A DNA stretch of 63,118 nucleotides, the filler included, from Rhabdomonas costata (lineage: Eukaryota): assembly GCA_019059605.1 (NCBI GenBank). It is 34 parts of 34 records of this genome, joined end to end, with 100 filler letters (N's around TTAATTAATTAA, not from the genome) between each part and the next. Parts side by side here need not be neighbours in the genome. Positions count along the whole stretch, not along the records: positions 1 to 1,761 come from JAHMHO010009452.1; positions 1,862 to 3,622 come from JAHMHO010009453.1; positions 3,723 to 5,486 come from JAHMHO010009454.1; positions 5,587 to 7,345 come from JAHMHO010009455.1; positions 7,446 to 9,206 come from JAHMHO010009456.1; positions 9,307 to 11,065 come from JAHMHO010009457.1; positions 11,166 to 12,923 come from JAHMHO010009458.1; 27 more parts are not named here. One strand, given 5' to 3'. Below, one piece after another: positions 1 through 12,541 of this stretch. The stretch's first letter is position 1. The number at the start of each line of letters is the position of its first letter. Under the pieces are notes generated by a model that ran no database searches, had not been told where the DNA came from, and worked only from the letters and a program-made list of their open reading frames with translations. The translations under genes were made by a program, and so were the position numbers.

Positions 1-1761
1 TGTGGTTTGGCGTGTTCTGGCCACTACATCCCATCCCCCGTCCACTTGTGAGGGCAGTGCGGTGGAAACGCTCTCCATCACCACCACCAGGGAGATGTTT
101 GGTGATCAGTGGGGTTGTAGTTCAGTGGGTCGCCCCCTGTATATTTGTGCCCTCCCTCCTCCCTCTCTCTCATTATGTACAGTCCTCGCTTGAATGTGCT
201 CCTGGCTATCGATTCGCTGGAGTTTCACCCTGGGGGTTGCATCTTCCCCAGGTTTTCTTGTCCGTGTGTCTGCGCCACACCAGCCTCGTCAACATCCATT
301 TCCTGGGCTTTGAACACTGGGCTTGTGAATGAGATTTCCTGGGCTTCTTCCGCATGGCGGAAGAACGGCTCTCTCTGTCCTGTGATGGCTGATAACCGTC
401 ATTTCACGCCATTCCCTGGGCGTTAGTGTCATCTCATCCGCTTTCTCTTCATGCTGGGGGAGACACATGGACACCCTTGCAAGATGGTTCAGCAGCCTTC
501 AAATCGCAATGCAAGTGTGAGTTAGGATGGCCCTGAAACCAGGACCCACGAAGCGGATTGTGGGGAATGACCTGTGCGGTGGACGGGTGCGTGTGTGCGA
601 TAGGGATCGCCACCATCATCACCATCACCCGTCATCGCCATTGTTGTTCGTTCAGCAGCTCGAGTGAACCACATTCTCCTTTTTTTTGCCGTGCACCTCC
701 TTCTTCCTCGGCTGTCTGCTCGAGGCCGCCGATGCCCCGCTCCCTTTTGCAACCGTGAAAGTTTCTTTTTATCCGACCTTTCTTGTTGTTTGTGGTGCTT
801 TTGTGATTCCGAACATGCAACGGACGGGTGTAGGACTGCGTTTTCGTGCTGTTCTCCCCGTCGTGTCTCGCTGAACCACGCCGGTTCATTCACTCTCCAC
901 CTTCATTTTGTGCTCACGAATGAGCCTTTTCCCTTCGTCTCCACTGCTTGTGGGAAGGAGGGCTTGTGGGAGGGCCACTCCTGACATTACTTTGTTTGGC
1001 TCCTTCTTTATGAAGTTGTGCAATGTTGAACTTTGGGACGCGGCGATCTGCTGCCTGCAATTGACTGAAGCGGAAAGCTGGCGGGAGCGGTCGGGTTTCG
1101 GGATTGCTGCAGTACCCTTTTCTGCGAAGATGTATGTCCAGATAGTTCTATGATTTTGTTTTGTTCTCTTTCATTTTCCTCTCATTCTCACTCCACTTCG
1201 TTTCAAGTTTTGACTGCTTGGCCATATTGTTGCTTTTGGTGATCCTTCGCGTCTTTCCCCACTCTCCCGCTGTCTCTGCCCTGCAACGCGCTTGGGTTCC
1301 GAGCTGAAGCAAGTATATGCGTATGCATTTGTCGGAGCTATTCTAATCATTACCACATCGCTAACGCTTCTCACTGAAAGGGGAGCGGGTGGGGGGTGGA
1401 GTAGCATGGGAGCATCTTCAATAAAGTGGTTTAAGGATCCCCAGATCGCGGCCCCGCCCCAGCCGCCACTCCGGCCGCGGCGCGGACTGGCTTCCGCGGC
1501 ATGTCGCTGGCCTTTGCCCCTAAATCAATGCTGTCCTTCTCGTCCGCCCACACCCCAGCCATTGGCGAGCCCGCAGCCCGCAGTAGTTTTCAGCTACTAA
1601 GCAAAAATAATCATATACGGGGCACTGGCATATATTATCCAACCCTCCCCAACTTCCATTACACAGTTGCTTTAGGTTCAACAAACTTTATTGAACGAGG
1701 CCCTTCTTCATCAGCTCGGTTTCCTTGCCTCTCCCCTTCTTTTCCTGCCCCCCCCAAAACA

Positions 1762-1861
1762 NNNNNNNNNNNNNNNNNNNNNNNNNNNNNNNNNNNNNNN
1801 NNNNNTTAATTAATTAANNNNNNNNNNNNNNNNNNNNNNNNNNNNNNNNNNNNNNNNNNNN
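1762..1861. other. Artificial contig-joining linker (first of 33; 44N-TTAATTAATTAA-44N)
   Basis: An identical 100-nt linker recurs about every 1860 nt, starting near 1762, 3623, 5487, 7346, 9207, 11066, 12924, 14784, 16644, 18504, 20364, 22224, 24084, 25944, 27804, 29664, 31524, 33383, 35242, 37100, 38959, 40817, 42675, 44534, 46393, 48252, 50111, 51970, 53829, 55687, 57544, 59403 and 61260. TTAATTAATTAA gives stops in all six frames. Confidence 0.99.
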
Positions 1862-2163
1862 GGGGGTTTTGCAAGCCCAAGAGTATAAAAGTGCTTCTGG
1901 AGATATCCCCTTGAAAGCGCATATGCGGCTCAGTACTTTTTGTCATGGGATTTACATTGTTTTCTTGTTGTTAGCATGGGGAAATTTCCGCTGCCAAGCC
2001 CTGGAACGCGAAAGTGTGCCCGTGGGCATCGTGTTCTTTTTTCCTCGCAGACCAGGACTCCGTCTTTGCATGTTTTGGGACAATGACCCTCGGAAGGGGT
2101 AGTTGATAGTCAAGGTTTTTTTTTCCGTAGTGGCCCAAGCCTCCCGGTCTCGTCGGCATCGGA

Positions 2164-2289
2164 ATGCCCCCGCGGTTTTCGGTGGAGAAGGCCACTGAGG
2201 TCTTTCAGAACCTGAAGCACTCCGATGACACCCTGGGCGCCCGTGATGTCGCCAAGGCACTGACCAAGCTGGGCCACTCTGATGACGAG
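2164..2289 (+). CDS. Probable first exon of a protein with a degenerate EF-hand/calmodulin-like N-terminus (partial)
   Basis: MPPRFSVEKATEVFQNLKHSDDTLGARDVAKALTKLGHSDDE|gt. The pattern EVF...D.TL...DV..AL..LG resembles calmodulin-type EF-hand 1. Codons are GC-rich, and a polyT-AG acceptor lies upstream at 2116-2130. Confidence 0.35.
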
Positions 2290-5224
2290 GTCCCTTTCCT
2301 CTCTAATGAACCCCCATCTCACGCAGCCAAGAGTGTGTTTTTCGCTTACACTTATCAGCTCCAACGGCATTAAGCCAAATCAAACCTCATCGACTCACTT
2401 CTGCCTTTTTTCTTTTTTGCTATTTCCTAGGGTAAGCACCATGAACATGGAGAATGATGGCAGTGAGGCGGGACATGCAATATACCAGCAATGAATGGAA
2501 ACGTTGACAACCACGTGCACGTTTTGTCAGGAGAAGGAAAGTGCGTGGGCCGGGACGGTGCACAGGGTACCCCGCGAGAAGGGCCTGCGGCTGGGCGGTA
2601 GTGGTGGTGGTGGTAGCGGCAGCGGCGGTGGAGGGACAGCGGCGGCGAGCTCACAGTGCTGCGCGAGGCAGGCCGGGATCGTGGGTGTCCTGCACAATAA
2701 GGGCCAACAATAGCAGCAGGTAATTTGGAGCACTGAAGTTGAGGTGCTGGATCGGTTCTTGCGGAGAGACGTTACGGCACGCGAAACGTCTCTCTACGAG
2801 CCTAGCAACTGCGCCAGCGGCATGGCTCAAAGCTCGCTGGTGTGTGTTGCCCAGAGATGCAGGCCATCCGACACCCAAAGAATTCCCGGACACCTCATGA
2901 CCGCAATAAGCCAATTTTCGACAAGCGAGAAACAACCTGCTACGATATGACCAAAAGAATACCTGCCCTGTACATGGGTCCTGTTCATTAAAAACCACAC
3001 CGCTTCACGTCCAAGGCTTCCACACCCTGACCTCATACTACCTTGTGTCGGGCGCTCGCCTTCACCCCTCAGGAATAAGGAGAATGAAAGAGAAAACTTC
3101 GTCCGGCTCCCGTTTTGCGTTTGGGTTGGTCACTTCTTCCAATCTTGGTTTTCTTTGCCCTTATCAAAAAAGATGCCGCTGGTGTGCTCGTCATATGCGT
3201 CACATACCACTTCGACTCCTCAATTCGCCACCACAGGCGGTTTGGTCGATTCAAATTTCCAGCACGCACGGTTAGGTCCGTTTTAATCGATATGCACTTT
3301 TCATCAAGCTCAACGGTCGTCTCATCCTCGAGGGCAAGGGAGTGAGATGGTGCAGAAGCACGGCCAATTCCCATCTCATCCAGAGTGAACAGAAGCAAGA
3401 AAAAAAGGGAACCGGTGAACACAACGTCACTGAGAGGCTTTGGTATATTTCCATCAGGATTTTGGCGAAGCTGGGCCTCTGTACATTGAGGATTTCAGTA
3501 CGCAGCAAAAATACACCTCACTGAATGGTACTTCATTGAATAATGTCGTGTCAAAGAGAATTGGAACCGCACAGCCCTCCACAAGCAGACTCTTTCTGAC
3601 AAAAGCCAGAGTGGAAGTGAGGNNNNNNNNNNNNNNNNNNNNNNNNNNNNNNNNNNNNNNNNNNNNTTAATTAATTAANNNNNNNNNNNNNNNNNNNNNN
3701 NNNNNNNNNNNNNNNNNNNNNNTTTTTTTGTGCGAAGTTTTGCCCTTTGCAGTGGAAGAAGATGTGTGAAGAAGCGGCGATCGCCTGGTCCACCAGGCCC
3801 TCCCAAGCCTGTGTCTCAGAAGCAGAAGAAAAAGCAAAAGTATGGTCCAACCTCTGCCCTTCTGCTGTACAAGCGCCTCTGGCTTTTGGTTGCTATGCTT
3901 TCCTGTTGTGCTGCAGAGCCCAAGCTGCTGCAGAGTCCTTCATTGCGGCTGAGTCCGAGGACAGGCGGAAGGCGAGGTTGCTCTGCGTGGGAAATTGACG
4001 CCATTGCTCAATCATCCATTTCTGACTGCATGGAATGCCACCAGCTTGACCCATCGCATCTATTTAGCTGTGGTGGTTGCGCTGCCGCCTATTCTTATGC
4101 CTATGCTTATTAGCTCATCCAGATTCATCCAGATTCGCCCTTAACCTTTCATTTGATAGGAGGGTGGGTGCAATCTTCAAGCGCCATGTTATTGGGAAGT
4201 GCGATGGTGCATCCTGCATCCTTCAGCTCACTCCAAACCCCACGCACCATAATGTATCCAAGCGTGATTCCATGGATACTGCAAAAGTTGTTCGAGTGAG
4301 CCAAGGGGGTGAATGCATTTGAAAACAAGGTACTGTGGAAATATTAGAACCTGCGGCATCAGCCTGAAATATGGCACCGCTTTGTAGTTCCCGACCAGCA
4401 CCATGGGTAATTGTATGCCCACCACTAGCTTTTTTTCTTCTCTGTTTTCCACAGGGAGGGTCGCTTTGCCTCGTACAACTCCGCGGTTCGACAGCGGCAG
4501 TTCAACGAGCAGTCTCCTTTGGGGCTCTTCTCACCTCTTGGCTCGGTCAGTTCGCAGAGTTCGCAGCGTTTCTATATATAAAAAAGCCGGGTTCTCTTCT
4601 TATTGGGTTGCCTCCGAGGCTTCATGGGACGTTGAATTCGATTATCACCCGGGAGCTTATTGGTGATGCTAGTCTATTTTAACCTTAACCATTTCGTTTC
4701 ATTTGAATCCCTTGGGCACCACTTCATGGCTCACATACGGAAAGTCGATTTCCACTCCCCGGGATCTACGTTTTTCTCCTTTTCTTGGAAGCGTGTGTTT
4801 TGCTTTCTTTAGAAGTACTCTTACTTTTTTATCTTCAAACTCCTCATCTGTATCTACATTTGACTAATTCCGTGATTCGTTCCACACAGAGGGTTTTGGT
4901 GTGGTATATTGTCGTGTGCAGCCGAAGTTCAACGCGGGGTTCGACACAGCTGCGGAGTGCTCGCTGGAGTCGATCCCACCCTGCGAGGGGAAGTCTCAAG
5001 CCTTGGAAAAGGACTACCTTCGGCTAACTACGGTACACTGGAACTGCGGTTCCCCCTGTTGAGCTCGCCCTCAAATATTGTGTCACGCCGGCTTTGTTTT
5101 TACCTCTTTGTGTTCATTGCGGTGGGTCAAGTAGGCACAAGAGTTAGCTGAGTCAGAAACCGGCCGCAGGTTTTGTTTCTTTTTGAAGACGTCCCTTTTC
5201 GACCTCCTATATTCTTTTTACAAG

Positions 5225-5362
5225 GCCCCCGACCCCAACACGGTGCGCCCCGAGGCTGTGCTGAAGCGCGCGCTGCCGTTCATTATTGAGAACTCCAAGT
5301 CCAAGGACGAACGCTACCATTACCTGTGCCAGCAGCTCAAGTCCATTCGCCAGGACCTCACG
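5225..5362 (+). CDS. Internal exon of a LENG8/THP3-type SAC3/GANP domain protein
   Basis: aag|APDPNTVRPEAVLKRALPFIIENSKSKDERYHYLCQQLKSIRQDLT|gt matches the SAC3/GANP motifs APDP..VRP..VL and QLKSIRQDLTVQ. Confidence 0.9.
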
Positions 5363-5430
5363 GTGTGCCTGCGCATACCTCACCTGCAGGAAACATGGAA
5401 ACATGGAACCATAAAGAAGCATCGAAAAAG

Positions 5431-5431
<1 letters not shown>

Positions 5432-5463
<32 letters not shown>
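5432..5463 (+). repeat. (CA)n microsatellite
   Basis: Direct reading of the ACACAC run. Confidence 0.9.
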
Positions 5464-5464
<1 letters not shown>

Positions 5465-5990
5465 ACTGATGTCCACACACCACCACNNNNNNNNNNNNNN
5501 NNNNNNNNNNNNNNNNNNNNNNNNNNNNNNTTAATTAATTAANNNNNNNNNNNNNNNNNNNNNNNNNNNNNNNNNNNNNNNNNNNNGGGGTTGGTGTGGT
5601 GCACCACAGAAAATTCTAAATTAGGGCTGAAAGTGCAGGGGAAAGCAGCAAGAGACTGGCGCTAACTTCAGTTTTAAAGCAAAGAATCACGGAACTGCGT
5701 CACCACCAGTTGCACGTACATCAGCAGAGTAAGTAGAAACAAGACAAACAGGTCGCACTGGTGAAGGGCAGAACTCGCGCGGCGCGCAGAACCGTCTCCA
5801 CACCTCACCAGAACCCGAGAGGTGCACTTCAATTCTAAAACGACCGTTCGAAAGACGTTTGCTGGTTTATATCGCGATATAAATACTTTTCATGGATAAA
5901 TATACGACTTTTGTTTGGCGAACGTACCTTTCTTTCTTTTCTGCACAGTGCCCTTGTTTTGTTTGTCCTTTTGAGAGGTTTGCCTCCAAA

Positions 5991-7170
5991 ATGCTTTTGG
6001 CGAAAACCATCTTTTTGCTCCTTTGGCCTTTTGCTTTACGTGGTGTTTTGCCTCATGAAAGTGGCGGGAACGACCCTGAGTCCGTTCTTCCGGGAGTTCT
6101 CGATCTCACTGCTGAAAACTTTGAAACGTACATTGGTGGGCCTCGTGCAGCTTTGGTTGAATTTTATGCACCGTGGTATGTGCTTTGCGCTTCTTTTGCC
6201 AGTTGCTGTACACGTTCTTATGCAGACAACTTTGCCATTTTGTCGGCAGGTGTGGGCACTGCAAGGCTTTGGTGACAGAGTACAGCCGGCTGGGCCAAGC
6301 GGTTCAAAAACAACCTTATGTCTCTGCGATTCTCATTGCAAAGGCAGTTGTTTATTGCCCTTTAATTCACCTTTGCCCCTACGTGTCCCCGGCTCATGCA
6401 CAAAAACGATCGAAAGAAACTCTGTGTCCTCCCTCCGCCTTTGACACGCCCACTCCACTCCCACCGCAGAATTTGAAATGCGGTGAAGAAGTGTATAGAA
6501 CCGCCCTTCCCGGCGGCGGCACACGCACCACTCTCCCACCTGAACCCAGAGCGTTGCTGGTGAGGACACCAAGCCACCTACGGCAGGGCAACTCACCCAA
6601 ACACACGTAACGGGGAGTGGTGCAGGATCGGACCGGAACGTTGAAAGTGGCTCTTCACTGGGACTCACATTGGCCTGCGTGGTTATGTTCACTGTACCAT
6701 AATCTTCTCCGTTCGACTTCCTGGAGCCTTTCCCACAGTTCACGTCCAGGACACCTCCGCTCTTCCTTCCTGGAATCGCCCTCCCTTTCCGCTTGCGTTT
6801 TACCTGATCGCCTTTTAGTGTCAAGCGCATGGAAACAAACCTGCACATAACAGCAACCGTGACAAGTGTCATGCGCTGTCGGTTTCCGACTCTGTTGTTT
6901 TTGGAGGAGTTATTTCCCCTTTTCCCCTTTTCTTTTCAGGTTAATGCTGAACGCCACCACCAACTGGCTAGTCGCTTTGGCGTTCGAGGCTTTCCTGCGA
7001 TCTTGTTCTTCCCCAAAGGTTCGCTCATTCCCGTTGATTATGACAGTGCCCGCAACTTGGACTCTTTTCTTGACTTCCTGAGGATTAAGACGGGTCTCAA
7101 TATACCCCGTCCTGCGGAAACGTCCGCTACTCGAGTCTTGACCAGCCTCAGCTTTGATGCCGTTGTCGCA
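5991..7170 (+). CDS. Protein disulfide isomerase, PDIA6/ERp38-like (5' part; exons 5991-6175, 6250-6343, 6940-~7170)
   Basis: Signal-peptide-like MLLAKTIFLLLWPFALRG. Splicing restores VEFYAPW|CGHCK and IAK|VNAE..LASRFGVRGFPAILFFPKG, and a second Trx domain begins (VLTSLSFDAVV). The 3' end of exon 3 is uncertain. Confidence 0.92.
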
Positions 7171-8415
7171 TCCCTGGGGGCAGCTGCATGGACTCCAGCA
7201 GCATCTGATACGTACCCATCTCAGCGCTTCATTGAGTTGCATCCCGTCCCAGTGGCTGGCAAGCTTCAGGCGATGGGTGTGCCAGCGGTGTAGAACTTTG
7301 GCAGTGGCGGGTCGATGCTGTCGACATTGTGGTCTCTCGGTGGATNNNNNNNNNNNNNNNNNNNNNNNNNNNNNNNNNNNNNNNNNNNNTTAATTAATTA
7401 ANNNNNNNNNNNNNNNNNNNNNNNNNNNNNNNNNNNNNNNNNNNNTGTGGTGGGTGTGGTTGGGGTGGGGGGGGGAAAGAAGGTAAATGAAGTCCGGTGA
7501 GTTCTTGAAGGGCCGTCTGGTCATGGGAATGGAGAGAGAGGCATCACCAGGAAATGGCTGCAGTCGCAAACACAGCACCCGTCGACCGCAGACGCATGCT
7601 CATAACACAATACGCGCTCATGGACAGGTCACAGAGATGATGGGAAACAAGGGACGTTATTTGGTCATTGGTTGTTCGCAGGACAACAAACAATAAGGCG
7701 GCAAAAAGAATTGCAAGGAGGGGTGAGGGTGCTAGGTGAAGGGGACACATGATAACACTAGGAAAACAAATGCGGCACACACACAGCAAACAAAAACTGC
7801 CTTCCGTTTGTTTGCTTCAAAAATTGCGACTTTTTGCTGGCATTGACGTATGTGTCTGTGCGACGGAAAGGAGTCGCACTAGAGAAGGCGAGCGTGGAGC
7901 AAAAGAAATGGATGCTCGCAAGGAGGGTCCCAGTGTGAGGTGGGATTACCAGTTGCCTTGAAACCAACAATAACCTGTTCTATTGCAAAAAAACAACCTT
8001 GTGTGTGTGTGTGGGGGGGGGCAAACCTAGATCGGTAGTTGAGTTATCCGGTTTGGAAGTGTCAGGGGACCACACGCATTGCCCCCCAAACAACAGCAGC
8101 GAGAACGGGCTCACGAGGGTCATGTAGCGCAGGAATACCTAACAGCGATTCGGATTTGGAGATTCACACAGAAACACACACAGGCACACACTCCATTAGA
8201 CTGGATGAATGACACTGACGACTGACCTTAAAAACCCAAACCCAGCTTGCCCGCATGGAGGAAACCTTCGAATACATGCCCACCGCAAGAAGGGCCAATG
8301 GGACAATGGCCAACAAAACCCACAACACTTGTAGATGCAGGATTCATCAACCACGACGACGACGAAGACGACGTCAAGAGAAAAGGGTTCTGAAAAGAAA
8401 GCAAAGAGAAAGCAC

Positions 8416-8883
8416 CCCTGTGGTCTCCACCATCTCTCCGAAGACAAAGAACTGCGACCCATGATCCCCGAAGCTCTTCCGCAGAGAGTTCACCGAGCTG
8501 GGATGCACACGGCACTGCTTCTGCGTCTGTGAGGGCATACACACCGGAATAAGAAGCAGCAGCAGCTGGGGGGGGGGGATTGAACGAAACAAAACAAAAA
8601 TGAAAGGATGAGCGACCAATGGGTCTGGACCGAAGCCCCATATGCTGCCCCAAAGCGTCCGAAATGAGGTAGCAACACAACACTGGAAAAAAAGGACAGC
8701 GCGCCAAAGCCGGCCTTCCATGATAACACTCTCTTAGCCACTGTTGGAAGGTTGTCAGCGGTTGTAAGGAGGGAGGGCTTTGCCACCTTTGTTTTGTAAT
8801 TCTTGCCACGGAGGTGCTGCGCCACATTGGGGTACAGACCCCCACAGATCAAGGCGGTAATGAGCTGCACATCATCGCGGCGC
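8416..8883 (-). CDS. DEAH-box RNA helicase (DHX36/DHX57-like), C-terminal OB-fold exons (~8883-8787, 8526-8416)
   Basis: LITALICGGLYPNVA...KTK|TQKQCRVHPSSVNS...FFVFGEMVETT. The GLYPNVA and VHPSSVN motifs are characteristic, and the GT-AG intron joins in frame. Confidence 0.85.
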
Positions 8884-11874
8884 CTTTTTTGACCCCAGGG
8901 AAACCCTCTCCGCGAACAAATGTAACGACTTGTATGTATCCGCCTGGCAGTCCTCCCGACACTGCATTGCATAGAGTGGTCTTTGACACCCGGGCTTCTA
9001 ACCACAAAAGCATCCTAAGCCCTCGCAGCGACGGGATTTGCGCAGATTTGGGACAACAAGCAAAAGACATCCTGAAGCTGGAGGGCTGAGTCTAACTCAT
9101 AGAAGGAGAAGTGAAGAACAAGTCAACCTCCACCTCTGTCATATCCATAGCCTTGCCGACAACGCATCCTCTGCTTTCCCCCACCCAACCAACCACACCC
9201 ACCACANNNNNNNNNNNNNNNNNNNNNNNNNNNNNNNNNNNNNNNNNNNNTTAATTAATTAANNNNNNNNNNNNNNNNNNNNNNNNNNNNNNNNNNNNNN
9301 NNNNNNCTTCTGCAACTTTACCTGTGTCTTGCAGGCTATACCTTGAATTGAGTTGTTGAGCGTCGCTGCCAACGAAAGGGAAGCCGAATTCTCTCTGCTT
9401 GTCTCCAGCGTAGCTGTCAAACTTTCAAAGTATGAAGCCCGAAGCGGGGCTTGGCACCTCCGCTTCGCATTGTTGCTGCTCAGTCAAGCCTGAAGTCAAT
9501 GACACCAATGGTTCTTGTGCACGCCGCAACCTCTGTGTGTTCCTTTGTCTCATTACCTGTGTTGTTGGTATATGCATGCCGTGCATATGCAGTGAGTCCC
9601 GTACATTTCTGAAGTCGAGATTTTTTTTTGGCTGTGATCAGAGGTGGGGTGTAGTGCAACCACAGCAGCAGATGATTTTGAGCGTTGAAGTGCCTTTCCT
9701 TCGCACAGCGTGCACCCCTATGCAGAAGGGGCCCAAGCTGTGCCTTCGCATTCCCGCCCGCAAGCGGTGCCCTCATCCCCTCCCGGTTTACATCCACACT
9801 CCAGACTGCACCTCCCCAAGCAAGGGGCTTTTTCCATCGGAGTGCTCCTCGAGTTCTCCGTTGGTTCCCTGCTTACCGACAGCACCGCAGGTGGGTTCGC
9901 CTTGAAATGTTTGCTGTTTTTTCGAAATGATGGTCGGCTTTCTGTGGAAGTTTCATGTGGGGGTTTGGAAGATTGTGGGCATGTATTTCTCAACATAATT
10001 GGATATGAAAAAGCCAAACCCTGGCTGCACTTGGAAAATTTTTACTTTGTTTTTTGGAAGCATCGACAATGCTCTCTGGCTACAGTCAGTGGGTCTCCAA
10101 GAAACTCTGTGTGGCCCGTACTTTCGGCTCTTCTTTTAAAAATTGCTTAATTCCAGCGCATGGAGGGTTTTGCGGCAACGTTCGGGGTATAGGATGGTAA
10201 ATTAAAACCCACACTCGCTCCGACCTTTGGAGTCTGCGGAGACTTCGGAGTCTCGGCACGTGTATCACATGAGCACACACCGCTTTGGGTTGCACTCCAC
10301 TTGTGAGGAACGCATTGGTGCCATTTTTCGAGTGGTATTATTTTTGCGCATGCACTTCGTCTGGGCGGGCAGTGCTGCGCAATTTTTCTGTGCATTTCCC
10401 TCAGCCGCTGCCACCACCGCCTCGAGGAGCTTTTGTGGGTTCCCCGTCTTCGGCCCTGGTCCTTTTTCTTTACTTCAAATCTCTCATAGCAGGAAGAGCT
10501 GGGGTATTGCTCTTTGTCGGTTCATGAGAGGATGGCTTTGCTGGATGCCGACCCCGTTGCCTTGACTGCATCTGATGACTGAGAGTCAACACGAAGCAAA
10601 TAGCCCGGTAAGTTCAGGTTTAGCTGCAAATCTGCAAAAACAGAAAGCCTAACAAAAGAAAGAACGATTTACATCGGAAGCATACGAGCACAGCGAAGGA
10701 GAGGGGAGAACCTGACAACCAAAGAATGAGAGGGGACGAAAAGCATTTGGAGAAGGAAAAGGTTGAAGAGAGTGTGGGCGAAGGTGGGGGTCAGAATCTC
10801 AGGGGATAATCTCGTCAGAACCCATGCGCCGGGCATGCTCTCTCAGACGTGCATAAGCAACTCTTCCCCTCCAAGCACGGATACATTAGAGCGATGCTGA
10901 AAACTGTCAAGGTAAGCTTTCTTTTATCTTCTTGTGTTGCGGGGAGCATACCATAGAGCATACCTTTTCCATGTCCCTTTCTTCCTTCATCGTAAAGGCA
11001 CAAAGGGTGGCCGCGGACCTGCGGGGCGATCTGGAAAAGGTATGCTCTATGGTATGCTCCCCAAANNNNNNNNNNNNNNNNNNNNNNNNNNNNNNNNNNN
11101 NNNNNNNNNTTAATTAATTAANNNNNNNNNNNNNNNNNNNNNNNNNNNNNNNNNNNNNNNNNNNNGTGGGGGTGTGTCGACGGCCAGGCCTTTTCTGAGA
11201 ATTCTGGAGATGGAATAGCTCTTGAGTCTGACAGATAGGGAACGCGCAACAGCCTTGCAGGTGCAGCAGGTGACTTTGAATGCGGGTGACCTTGAGAAAT
11301 TTCCCGCACTTTGAATATTGCTGCGCAAAGAAGCTGCAAATGTGATGCTCATATCTGGAATGCCTCAACCCTTCGAAGTCGAGCTGCGGAGAGCTGTAGA
11401 TGCTGCTAGAGTACCGGTGTGAACCTGTGAACCGACGGTGCAATTGCGCACTGTTATTTGGATCACCCCGCTGCCACTCAGATGGGCGGCAGGGGCACTC
11501 CCCCGTAAAAAGAGCAGGAGAGTGTGGGGACCTCTTAAGTTGTGGCTTACTCATAACCTGCCCGTAGTGAAGCTCAGACTGGGTTCGGTGCAGATCCAAT
11601 GTAACGTGTGGATGCAATGAGTCGACATTCCACAGGTTCAAGAATATTAAGTCATGTGCAAGGCAACATACGCACACGCAGTGTTTCCTGAAGGAGAACT
11701 ATTCTTACAGCAACGCAGTTGTACAGCAACCTACACGCCAGATGCCGAACTTTATTACCAGAAAACCCCAACGCAAAGCATGTGCTCACAAAAAACGCGC
11801 CAAACCAACGCTGAACAATTCCGCAATCGTTGGATCCAATGACTCCTCTTGTTTGCACTTTTGCCCTTGCTCAG

Positions 11875-12162
11875 GTTCTGGACACCTACGTGTGCGCGCG
11901 GCCGGGCCGAAAAGGTGGGCCGCGCGTGGAGCTTGAGTGGGTCCCCGTGGTGCCTTCCACGGGCAACGCTGCGGACCATCGCCGGTGCACGTGCAGGTGC
12001 AAGAGCTGCGAAGCGCCGGAACAGGTGCCGGTGATCCATTTCTACGGCTGCGGGGGCGCGGGGTTTAGCCTCTCCTGGGGCATCGCCAAGGAGGTTTCTG
12101 AGCTTCTCCAGAAGGCCCTGCTAAGGGTTTCAGGGGCGTCCCCAGCCATGGCCAAGCTTTGA
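11875..12162 (+). CDS. D-amino acid/D-aspartate oxidase family, last exon, with peroxisomal PTS1 (-AKL)
   Basis: cag|VLDTYVCARPGRKGGPRVELE...VIHFYGCGGAGFSLSWGIA...AMAKL*. This matches the DAO C-terminal motifs RP.R.GG.R.E and H.YG.GG.G...SWG.A. Confidence 0.85.
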   Translation, partial: VLDTYVCARPGRKGGPRVELEWVPVVPSTGNAADHRRCTCRCKSCEAPEQVPVIHFYGCGGAGFSLSWGIAKEVSELLQKALLRVSGASPAMAKL

Positions 12163-12475
12163 CACAGCCGCACAACTCAACTTTGAGCCCCCACCCCGGC
12201 CCTCTCCCACACCGATGAAGGCAAAAGAGCAAGATCGTTCCAGCTCTTTGCCATCTTTGCCATTCTTGTGTCCACGTGCGCGTGTGTGTGGCCGTCCGAA
12301 GGTGAAAATTTCTTGTGAGGTTCAGGAACCTATTAATGTCACTGAATCTTGCAATTCTGAGGGCTCCACGTCCATTTCCCTGTGACAGCCGCAGTTTGAA
12401 CGAACTAGTGATGCTGTTGGTTTAGCTCTGTTGCCTGTTCGGCTGATTTCTCTTCCTTGCCCTGCCTCTGCCCTC

Positions 12476-12541
12476 CACGCCACGCACGCCACGCCACGCC
12501 AGCCACGCCACGCCACGCCACGCCACGCCACGCCACGCCAC
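12476..12541 (+). repeat. (CACGC)n pentanucleotide repeat
   Basis: About 12 near-perfect CCACG units read directly. Confidence 0.9.

Noticed and set aside
2..1761. Numerous short overlapping ORFs on the first contig, and similarly at 9307-11065, 35342-37099, 39059-40816 and 46493-48251
   Set aside because: No recognisable motif. Some exon-like pieces exist but no gene model or product can be supported. Most ORF-track entries are shadow frames or intron read-through.
7170..7293. ORF-track extension of PDI to a stop at 7293
   Set aside because: Homology ends after FDAVV. The remainder is probably intron read-through from an unresolved donor.
8884..8905. Possible euglenid non-conventional intron end (CTG at -8..-6, Y|R junction) before the DEAH helicase exon
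   Set aside because: A conventional AAG acceptor lies a few nt away, and no complementary 5' end was found on the contig. It cannot be supported without transcripts.
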